Shown one piece after another: positions 56,655 through 64,000 of a DNA stretch of 64,000 nt. Made by a program: the position numbers and the translations under genes. The stretch is taken from the IMG/VR virus record IMGVR_UViG_3300006056_003323. One strand, given 5' to 3'. Under the pieces are notes generated by a model, which searched no databases, was not told the origin of the DNA, and worked only from the letters and a program-made list of their open reading frames with translations. Origin of the DNA: an uncultured virus (IMG/VR IMGVR_UViG_3300006056_003323) (taxonomy: Duplodnaviria; Heunggongvirae; Uroviricota; Caudoviricetes). The stretch's first letter is position 1, and each line of letters starts with the position of its first letter.

Positions 56655-57245
56655 ATGTCGAAGAAGATGAACGACGCGATCAACGAGATGACCCGGCAGA
56701 TGGTCAGCGAGATCATCAAGCTGCTCGGGCAGATGAGCGTCGGCGAGCTCGCCGCGCTCGGACGAGACGGCAAGAAGACGCGTGCTCCTCGCGTCTCGAG
56801 CGAGACGGCGTCGCCCTCGCGCTCGAAGGTCGCAGCGAAGAAGGACGCAGGCAAGAAAGGCAGCTCGAAGCCGTCCCGCTCCGAGGCGAGCAAGTCGACG
56901 GGCAAGGGACCGGGTCGCCCCTCGACGAAGAGGCAGCCCGTGACCGCCGACCTCCGCAAGAAGCTCAAGGAGCAGTTCTACCTCGAGCTCGAGTCGCGCG
57001 GCGACGCATGGAGCAAGATGGAGGACGTCATCAAGAAGATGTCCTTCAAGCTCGCCCCCGAGATCGCGCGCAAGGTGATGGGAGAGCTCATCGCCGAGGG
57101 TCGCGTCCGCCGCAGCGGGAGCACCCGCGCCTCGCGCTACCGCGTCACGAAGGCTGGCGGGGACAGCAAGGTCGCCGACGCTGCCGACGCTGCGGAGACC
57201 GACGCCGCGGACGTGCCGTCGGACTCGCCCGCGGTCTTGACCTGA
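56655..57245 (+). CDS. histone-like/nucleoid-associated DNA-binding protein with C-terminal winged helix
   Basis: K/S-rich linker, GPGRP AT-hook-like motif, ELIAEGRVRRSGSTRASRY. Confidence 0.65.
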   Translation: MSKKMNDAINEMTRQMVSEIIKLLGQMSVGELAALGRDGKKTRAPRVSSETASPSRSKVAAKKDAGKKGSSKPSRSEASKSTGKGPGRPSTKRQPVTADLRKKLKEQFYLELESRGDAWSKMEDVIKKMSFKLAPEIARKVMGELIAEGRVRRSGSTRASRYRVTKAGGDSKVADAADAAETDAADVPSDSPAVLT

Positions 57246-57396
57246 AACGATCGGCTCGGCAGGCCGCGTTCCACTGATGGGGGTGGTACCTGGCTCTCGA
57301 TCGAGAGACAAAGAGATGCTGATGCCCTCCGGCGAGGAGGGAGAAAGACCGTGCGTTATGGTTCGTCCTTTTTCGGCGCAGTGCGACAGGGCAAAG

Positions 57397-57804
57397 ATGG
57401 AGAACAAGATCTTCGACACGGGGCGAGAAGGACTCGCCGGCGGCGGATGCACCGTGATCGTGCTCGACCATGCAAGGTTCGACAACCTGCGCGTCGGGCC
57501 GATGATCGATCTCGAGTTTTTCTCGGGTGGCGAAGATGAAGAACGACCGGAGAGGTCGTTCGACGGAGAGGTCTCGCTCCTCTTGACCAAAGAGGAAGCG
57601 ATCGCGTTTGCCAACATGATCCTCGGTGCGGTCAAGGAAGCCGAGGGTCTGCCCGTCATTCGAGAGCGGGATCTCCGCGAGCTTTCCAAAGCCTCCGAAG
57701 AAGAGGATGGGCTCGACGCTGACGAAGCCGACGACGAAGATGACGAGGAGAGCGAGGAGGAAGAGGACGAGGAGAGCGAGGAGGGCGCAGAGCGCTTCGA
57801 GTAG
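57397..57804 (+). CDS. hypothetical protein with acidic tail
   Basis: ORF; start uncertain. Confidence 0.65.
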   Translation: MENKIFDTGREGLAGGGCTVIVLDHARFDNLRVGPMIDLEFFSGGEDEERPERSFDGEVSLLLTKEEAIAFANMILGAVKEAEGLPVIRERDLRELSKASEEEDGLDADEADDEDDEESEEEEDEESEEGAERFE

Positions 57805-57848
57805 GACCCTAGAACGTCAGCGCCCATGGCGCCGAAGGCTGGTTGTCG

Positions 57849-58745
57849 ATGAAGGACAAGGGGATCGAGAAAGAGCTTCACGAATCGACGGTTCAGTCGA
57901 GCCTTCAGATGACGATTCGCCATGCCGTCCTCACTCTTCCTGATGAAGAGGTCTTCGAGTGGACTGATCGAGCCAGGGTACGCCTCGGCGTGATCAGGCG
58001 TTGGTCATTGGCTGAAGTAGCATATTGGACGCCTGCGCATCGCGAGGCCATCGTGCGACACCTCCGCGATTGGTTCATCAAGAAAAGCAGCATTCAAAGC
58101 GTCGTGAACAGCATTCTGTTTGACCTCTTCTGTCGTGGAGAGGAAGCCTTCATGATGGCGCTCATGATCAAGAGCGCACGAAGCTTTGCGTCTTCGTCGA
58201 AGACGAATTTCGTCGGCATCACCGACGAGAAGCTGCTGGACCAAGTCGCCAAGGTCTTGGAGGACTCTGAAGATGACCTATTCGGCGACAACAAGGACGC
58301 CGAAGATGGGGTGGCTCGCATTCAGTGGAGGGGGAACCACATGATGGCATGGATGGGCAGGCTCCAGCAGAGCCTCTCGAGCTGGAATGCGCTCTTGAGA
58401 TATCAGATCAGGTCCATGGAAAGGAAGGAGCTCATGCTCACCTCCATGGAGGCGCTGCTCGAGATCAGCCATGGCATGGCGTGCTGGGAAGCCCTCGGCG
58501 AAAGCCCGGTTCGGTCTCGTGTGTACACGCAAGAACAGGCGATCTGGTTGCATGATCGGACGCGAGATATGGCTGTCGCTTTGGATGCAAGCCTCCTCCC
58601 GGCGAAGATGATCGAGCGAGCGAAAAGGGGCAGCAGCACGAAGACGATCCTCAGTCGATACGCGCGCTCGATCGTGATCGAGAAGATGGCATACTACGTT
58701 GACGAAGCGATGGATTGTGTCGCGAGGATGGAGCGGGTCCAGTGA
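57849..58745 (+). CDS. WTPExR-family protein
   Basis: LPDEEVFEWTD...YWTPAHREAIVRHLRD. Confidence 0.75.
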   Translation: MKDKGIEKELHESTVQSSLQMTIRHAVLTLPDEEVFEWTDRARVRLGVIRRWSLAEVAYWTPAHREAIVRHLRDWFIKKSSIQSVVNSILFDLFCRGEEAFMMALMIKSARSFASSSKTNFVGITDEKLLDQVAKVLEDSEDDLFGDNKDAEDGVARIQWRGNHMMAWMGRLQQSLSSWNALLRYQIRSMERKELMLTSMEALLEISHGMACWEALGESPVRSRVYTQEQAIWLHDRTRDMAVALDASLLPAKMIERAKRGSSTKTILSRYARSIVIEKMAYYVDEAMDCVARMERVQ

Positions 58746-59083
58746 GAGCTGTGTTGGTCATCGTGATCGTTCTGTTCCTGCTCGAAGAGCTTGCAGCGGC
58801 GATCGTCGTGGACTTGTTCTGGAGCATCTACAACAAAGAGGCTCTCCGATTGGGTCGCGCAGACCCGGAGAAGCTTCGCGTCGCCCTCTCGTCGATTCGG
58901 GCATCGGTCTGGATCAGCGCGGCCTGTGAGGTCACAGCGATCCCCGTGATCGCCTACTTGGACCGAGCGCAGAGCAATCCGCTGGCGATCCTGCTGGGCA
59001 TCCCAGCGCTCCTCGCTCTCAACGGGATGGTGCTCTTCCGCGTGTGGGAGAAGAGGAAGTTGGTCGATGACCAGCATCGATGA
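58742..59083 (+). CDS. 3-TM membrane protein
   Basis: GTGA overlap; hydrophobic segments. Confidence 0.7.
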   Translation: MRAVLVIVIVLFLLEELAAAIVVDLFWSIYNKEALRLGRADPEKLRVALSSIRASVWISAACEVTAIPVIAYLDRAQSNPLAILLGIPALLALNGMVLFRVWEKRKLVDDQHR

Positions 59084-59585
59084 CGCAGAAGCGTTGGCCA
59101 TCTTCGCTGAGATGGATGCAATGTCGAGGCAGAACGTGGCAGATACGGAGGCGGATCGGCGTGGTCGAACACCACCTCCGTGGATCAGCGCAATGCTGAG
59201 GATCCTGCACTGCCAACAGTGGGGATATGCTCAAAACGAGGTCGATCCAAGGTTCGTCCTTCCTGTCTACGACGGAGACAGACCCAAAGATCTGTCGGAC
59301 GGAGACATCGAAATCATGGATGGGATAAGTAATGAGTATCGAAATCGCTGGTCTACAGAAGAAGGCTCGGCTCTTCAAAGGAGAGATCGGCACCTCGACA
59401 GAGGCCGCGGAGACGGGTATGCAGCAGGCGTTCGCGATACACATCGACGCGTTCACGAGGCGCTGCTGGGGGAGACGTACGACCAACGGTACCGTCGGAT
59501 CAAAGAAAGCGGTGGCGTAATCAGCGAAGCTCGTCGAGAGGAAACCTCAGAGATGTGCCACTGGTGCATGAGGAAGAATACGTGA
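59067..59585 (+). CDS. hypothetical protein (frame in the middle uncertain)
   Basis: Coupled ORF; competing ORF at 59332..59520. Confidence 0.5.
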   Translation: MTSIDDAEALAIFAEMDAMSRQNVADTEADRRGRTPPPWISAMLRILHCQQWGYAQNEVDPRFVLPVYDGDRPKDLSDGDIEIMDGISNEYRNRWSTEEGSALQRRDRHLDRGRGDGYAAGVRDTHRRVHEALLGETYDQRYRRIKESGGVISEARREETSEMCHWCMRKNT

Positions 59586-60403
59586 GCGAACTTCCTGATC
59601 TCGGCTCTTGCGTCCTCACGATGCCAGGCTCCGATCGCCTGTCCGACGCGGTGAGCGGGTTCCCTGAGATGGTCGAGAGGATGACGGCCCGAAGCGTCTC
59701 CGCCCTCGATCCAGGCATCGTGACGATCACGGAGGCGTTCGACGGGCCGATCTTCTCGGTCTGGCGAGAAGGACGGATGGTCTGCTCGTCAAACGACTGG
59801 CTGGCTGCAGCTCCCGTTGTGAGGCGGAGACTGGCAGCTCTTCTGCCCACGGAAGACGTGGAGCTGATCGTAGGTCACCCACGTGAGTACGCTGGCTACT
59901 CGACGGACGATGACCTCTTCTTGCTCGAGCTGCGCGTGGGTGGACAAAGGGTCTCTTGGGAAGAGATGTCCATCGCGTCGAAGCTCGTGCCTCACCTTCA
60001 TCTCGAGCACGTTCTGTGGAGAGAAAGGGAGGGCATCTCTGTGTCCGAGGCCATTCGCGCGGTCGGGATAGCTGGCTCGATGCGATACAAGAAAGACCCG
60101 AGGAGACTCGTGTACTGGCTGGACATCGGCCGCGGTGCTTCTGCGAAAAACGCGGCGCTCGGGATGTACCTCTATCCGCTGCCGAAGATGAGCTACGAGG
60201 AGCAGAGGTTCTTTCGTTCGTTCGGGATCCTGCCGCGCTTCAATGATCGGCCGGCGATCGAGAAGGCCGCACAAGCCGCGACGCGACACGGATCGGCTCC
60301 GGACCAGATGGGTCGCATGGACGAAGACCTGTCGAAGCTCTCGCCGAAGCAGCTTCGCCAGGCCCGGATGCGGGCCGCACAGGTGATCCTTCGCGGCGTC
60401 TAG
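59582..60403 (+). CDS. degenerate RNA-ligase-like nucleotidyltransferase fold protein
   Basis: VTITEAFDG corresponds to motif I TEKxDG without the Lys; FLLEL...SWEE...VP. Confidence 0.5.
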   Translation: MSELPDLGSCVLTMPGSDRLSDAVSGFPEMVERMTARSVSALDPGIVTITEAFDGPIFSVWREGRMVCSSNDWLAAAPVVRRRLAALLPTEDVELIVGHPREYAGYSTDDDLFLLELRVGGQRVSWEEMSIASKLVPHLHLEHVLWREREGISVSEAIRAVGIAGSMRYKKDPRRLVYWLDIGRGASAKNAALGMYLYPLPKMSYEEQRFFRSFGILPRFNDRPAIEKAAQAATRHGSAPDQMGRMDEDLSKLSPKQLRQARMRAAQVILRGV

Positions 60404-60425
60404 CCACGTGGTGTACCATCAGCCC

Positions 60426-60839
60426 ATGCGGCTTGATCAGGTGCTGAAAGGGTGGAAGCGAGCGCTCGTATCGCTTCCTTCAGGGCTTGTCGTCGAATGC
60501 GAAATCGCAGCGACGGAAGAGGACAGGGAGCGGGGGTTCAACGGCCGACGTCGACCTCCCTACGGCTCTGGCATGCTCTTCGTCTTCCCTCAGCCGGTGC
60601 TGAGTCCGTTCACGATGCAGCGCACGGAGTTTCCCCTCGACATGGTCTTCATGCAAGGAGAGCTGAACGGAGAAGGCGCGGTGCCTGAGGACATCACGCA
60701 GGTCGTCAACGCGATCGCTCTCGACCCCGAACTCGTCTGGCCATCGATGCTCTACAACCTCTGCCTCGAGACCACGAGCCGCTCGCCCATCCTCTCGAGC
60801 TCGAGAAGCACGTACGCGCTCATCTCGGAGAAGCGTTGA
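60426..60839 (+). CDS. DUF192-family protein
   Basis: EIAATEEDRERG..GR...GMLFVFP...FTMQRTEFPLDMVF. Confidence 0.85.
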   Translation: MRLDQVLKGWKRALVSLPSGLVVECEIAATEEDRERGFNGRRRPPYGSGMLFVFPQPVLSPFTMQRTEFPLDMVFMQGELNGEGAVPEDITQVVNAIALDPELVWPSMLYNLCLETTSRSPILSSSRSTYALISEKR

Positions 60840-61110
60840 TCACCGACGCCTCGGCGATCGCCTTCTGCTGCTGCACGCGCACGGCTGCGTAGGTCAGAAC
60901 GAACGCCTCGATCGACAGTGCGCCGGCGACGCCGTAGCGAAGCGCCTCTTTCTTTGATCCGCCGGCGATCGCGACGCCGACGCCGATCAGCGCGGCGCGG
61001 CCGAGCAGGTCGCGCAAGAGGTTCGGAACGGCAGAGCCGTCGCCGCGGATCAGCCTGTAGGCCGTGTCCGCCGAGGGGAGGGTGGGGCACATGTCTTGGT
61101 CGATCGCCAT
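60820..61110 (-). CDS. small membrane protein
   Basis: MAIDQDMCPTLPSA...; two hydrophobic segments; fills the gap between + genes. Confidence 0.6.
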   Translation of the reverse strand: MAIDQDMCPTLPSADTAYRLIRGDGSAVPNLLRDLLGRAALIGVGVAIAGGSKKEALRYGVAGALSIEAFVLTYAAVRVQQQKAIAEASVINASPR

Positions 61111-61200
61111 CCTCGAACGATACCACGACCCAACACCCATGGGTGCCTTGCCAGAGCAGCGGCTTCCAGGCAACGATGCTCCAAGGAACAGGAGACTGCC

Positions 61201-61875
61201 TTGGTTTACGACGAAGATCTTCCACCATTCCCGCCCACGTACCGAGCTCCGGTGCTGCACCCTGAGTCTCGGTACGTGGTGAAGTACGTCGAAGACCGTT
61301 CTCCGGAAGGCGCGATCATCAAGGCCGAGCTCGCTGCCAATGAGGATCCTTCGACGATGACCGCGGTCTTTTCTGTGCAGCTGATCGACAAGCGGTGCCC
61401 GAACTGCGGGGTTTGGCGCGGATGGTCAGACCAACGATCGGACAAGCAAAACTCGGCTGCCATGACAAAACACACGAGCGGGACAGAGTGTGCGTTCGAC
61501 GCGGAGATCAGGAGGAGCCTGTGGAAAGGATACGTTCCTCTTTCTGTAGAACAGAGGAGGAAAGCCGAGCTGTTCGACCCGATCGATTCATATGGGTACT
61601 ACACTCGAGGGGGCCCGGGTCGAAAAGCCAAGGCCACGCTGGACAGATGGGGAAGAATCGAGCGAGTCGCGCGATGGGAGTCCATGACGAAGAAAGAGCA
61701 AAGGACACGAGATGAGCTCGTGCAAGACACAAGCGACATCGAGGACGCATCGATCTCCGTGGCTCGCGAGCTCGCGATGCGATCGTGGGCTTCGACGAAA
61801 GACGTCAGAGTGGCCGCCATCGATCTGCTGAGGAAGCGCGGGCTGATCAAGACGATCGATCACTTCGATCCGTAG
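61201..61875 (+). CDS. hypothetical protein with CxxC...H motif
   Basis: AGGAG RBS before TTG. Confidence 0.65.
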   Translation: MVYDEDLPPFPPTYRAPVLHPESRYVVKYVEDRSPEGAIIKAELAANEDPSTMTAVFSVQLIDKRCPNCGVWRGWSDQRSDKQNSAAMTKHTSGTECAFDAEIRRSLWKGYVPLSVEQRRKAELFDPIDSYGYYTRGGPGRKAKATLDRWGRIERVARWESMTKKEQRTRDELVQDTSDIEDASISVARELAMRSWASTKDVRVAAIDLLRKRGLIKTIDHFDP

Positions 61876-62251
61876 ACTTGGTCTTCGAGCGCCTGGAAGG
61901 CGTCAAGAGCAAGACGAGCAGCTCAGAGCCGAGCTGCTCGCTGAGCGTCCCGTCCGCGGCTCTTTGAGCAAGCGCTACTGCAGCAGCCCGAGCATCGCCC
62001 TTGAGAGACGAAAGATCGATGCCGAGGCGTCGAGCGTTGAGGCTGACCGCTTCGATCTCACCAAGGGTCATGCCTGGAATTGCGTCGACGATCTTCGGCC
62101 AGAAATCGCGACTCAGCGGACCGCACTCGCCGCGCTCGACCTCGCCCAGATAGGTGTGTGACAAGCCAAGGATCTTCGCGAGCTCACGAAGGCTGAGCTT
62201 TGCCTCGACCCTCTTGCGTCGCAGATATTCGCCGAACAGCTCCAAGTGCAT
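61847..62251 (-). CDS. XRE-family HTH transcriptional regulator
   Basis: FGEYLRRKRVEAKLSLRELAKILGLSHTYLGEVERG. Confidence 0.88.
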   Translation of the reverse strand: MHLELFGEYLRRKRVEAKLSLRELAKILGLSHTYLGEVERGECGPLSRDFWPKIVDAIPGMTLGEIEAVSLNARRLGIDLSSLKGDARAAAVALAQRAADGTLSEQLGSELLVLLLTPSRRSKTKSTDRSDRSS

Positions 62252-62304
62252 CGACGATGTGTACGGCAAAGCCTACGCACAGTCGAGCGGATGCGCGGTC
62301 TCTC

Positions 62305-63540
62305 TCAGTTCGCCGCCGGTCCAGAGGAGGCGACAGCGCCGGTGCCGAGCGCCTCAGGAGCCTCGAAGACGACCGGGACGAGCTCGTTGTCCTGCTCCAC
62401 GTAGCGCCCCGCGGAAACCATCGCGCGCGTGACCTCGATCGGGTTCTGCCCCGAGCTCAGGCCGCCGGCGATCCGGATGATGTCGGCCGATGCCTTCGAG
62501 GTCTTCAGCCTCGCAACGCCCCCGGACAGGCGGCTCCACCCGGCTGCTGATCCGTCCTTCGTTCCGAAGGAAAGCAGCGTGTTGACGACCAGCCGACGAG
62601 CCGACGCAAAAGCCACGTCGTTCGTCGCCCGCTCTTCAGAGGTTCCCTCGAGCGCGTCATGAGCAGCCTCTCCAGGCTGCATCTTCGCCCCGATCGAAGG
62701 GACTTGCGCCTGCTCGGCGGCAAGCGAGCCGCACACCCACGGCGATTCGATCCACTCGCAGGCTCCGTACCCCGTGTGAAGCCCCATCACGATCGTCTCT
62801 TCCGTGAAGTCATTGTACTGATCGAGCGCGCCGATCGCAGCCTCCACGTAGGTGCGAAGCTCGGAGACAAACGAGACGAAGTCGTTCGCGCCCGTCATGT
62901 ACTCCGTCCTGATCCCGAACACGGGGACGCCGGGGAGCAATCTCCTGCTGCGATGCACCGTGATGTACTTCACCCGCTGCTCGCCCTTCTTCGTCTCGAG
63001 GATGATCGGGCACGCCGGGTTCGGCAGGCTCAAGCGCATCCCGTCGAACGGAAGAGACCAGTCCGCGACCCGAACAGAGCCCGGATCGGTCAGCATCATC
63101 TCCGAGGCGAAGCCGGCGGACAGGTCGATGGAAACCTGCCCATCCTTCTTCCACTGCGTGAAGAACGCCGCGTGCTCGTGAGAGTCCCCGAGCACCGGCA
63201 CGCCAAGCCGATAAAACAAGACGTGGATCGCCGACTGCTCGAACACCGTGCCTTCGAGATGCACCATGTCCGGCGCCGCGCAGAGCAGAAAGTCTCGCGC
63301 GTAGCCCACGCACGAGGACAGGTGACGAAGGAAGGACGCGTCGATCGGAGCGCTCTTGGTGACGAGGCTGTTCACCCACTGCTTCGTCTGCCTCTCCGCG
63401 TTCACGAGTCGCTCTAGGCGAATCTGGATCTCCGGGATCGGCTCGGACGATGCGGATCGCCCATCCGATTCGTTGGTCTTGCCGATAGGGGTCGCATCCG
63501 TTTCGTTGTTGCTCATGGGTTCTTCGTGCTCCTTGGACAT
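62305..63540 (-). CDS. hypothetical protein
   Basis: 411-aa ORF with consistent codon usage. Confidence 0.75.
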   Translation of the reverse strand: MSKEHEEPMSNNETDATPIGKTNESDGRSASSEPIPEIQIRLERLVNAERQTKQWVNSLVTKSAPIDASFLRHLSSCVGYARDFLLCAAPDMVHLEGTVFEQSAIHVLFYRLGVPVLGDSHEHAAFFTQWKKDGQVSIDLSAGFASEMMLTDPGSVRVADWSLPFDGMRLSLPNPACPIILETKKGEQRVKYITVHRSRRLLPGVPVFGIRTEYMTGANDFVSFVSELRTYVEAAIGALDQYNDFTEETIVMGLHTGYGACEWIESPWVCGSLAAEQAQVPSIGAKMQPGEAAHDALEGTSEERATNDVAFASARRLVVNTLLSFGTKDGSAAGWSRLSGGVARLKTSKASADIIRIAGGLSSGQNPIEVTRAMVSAGRYVEQDNELVPVVFEAPEALGTGAVASSGPAAN

Positions 63541-63549
63541 GTGTAAACG

Positions 63550-63960
63550 CTATTCTTGCCCGGCATCTGGCTCGCCGGAGGGATCGTCGTACCCATCCGT
63601 CGGGACGGGATATCGCACAGAGAGATCTTGCCCCTGGGCCATGTACTCGAGCTGAGCCTTCGCGGCTCCGAAAAGGCTCTCCACCGCCGGCATCATCAGC
63701 TGCGCTCTCTTTTGGAGCAACTGGTAAAAACGGACGTGGTTCTTGAGGTTCTTCTCCTCGAGCTTGGAGACCTTCAGGCTCTGCTCCGCGAGGCGCTCTT
63801 CGAGGAGCAGCGACCTCTCCCGGGCAGCCGCGATCCTCGCTTGAGACTCGGCCATCGAACGCAGCGAGCTAGCGATCGACGAGAGGTCCGATGCGTCCGC
63901 ATGCTCTGCACGATGGGCAACGTGAACAGTCTTCCCATCCCTCAGCTCGAAGCTCGGCAC
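63550..63960 (-). CDS. coiled-coil hypothetical protein (may extend beyond the window)
   Basis: 136-aa ORF. Confidence 0.6.
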   Translation of the reverse strand: MPSFELRDGKTVHVAHRAEHADASDLSSIASSLRSMAESQARIAAARERSLLLEERLAEQSLKVSKLEEKNLKNHVRFYQLLQKRAQLMMPAVESLFGAAKAQLEYMAQGQDLSVRYPVPTDGYDDPSGEPDAGQE

Positions 63961-64000
63961 GGAGGACGGCTCTTGAGGCTTCGCACCAGAGGTCTTCGAC

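Overview
A 64-kb GC-rich window of a large virus-like replicon, most likely the non-structural (early/accessory) region of a jumbo phage or prophage. About 110 short, tightly packed genes run on the + strand with ATGA/GTGA start-stop overlaps, and the direction switches to the - strand near 61.9 kb. I found no capsid, tail, terminase, polymerase, rRNA, tRNA or CRISPR sequence. Recognisable genes: ADP-ribosylglycohydrolase, two XRE regulators, three MazG-like proteins, ASCH, an HD nucleotidase, a ParB-like protein, YkgJ, DprA, a Cys-dependent phosphatase, a 600-aa lipoprotein, an intein-containing C5 DNA methyltransferase, a degenerate RNA ligase, DUF192 and an IS200/IS605 tnpB 3' remnant. The most striking signals are: (1) a DpdA/TGT-like DNA-modification gene split by a 1.37-kb cassette with no mobility genes, with both halves left in open frames; (2) several unannotated paralog families, mainly a 'WTPExR' family (7-9 copies) and a 'GPPW' family (4-5 copies); (3) a shared GGTTAACC operator-like site in sigma70-type promoters. 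Several frameshifts at homopolymers may be sequencing errors. All family assignments come from motif recognition by eye; no searches were run.
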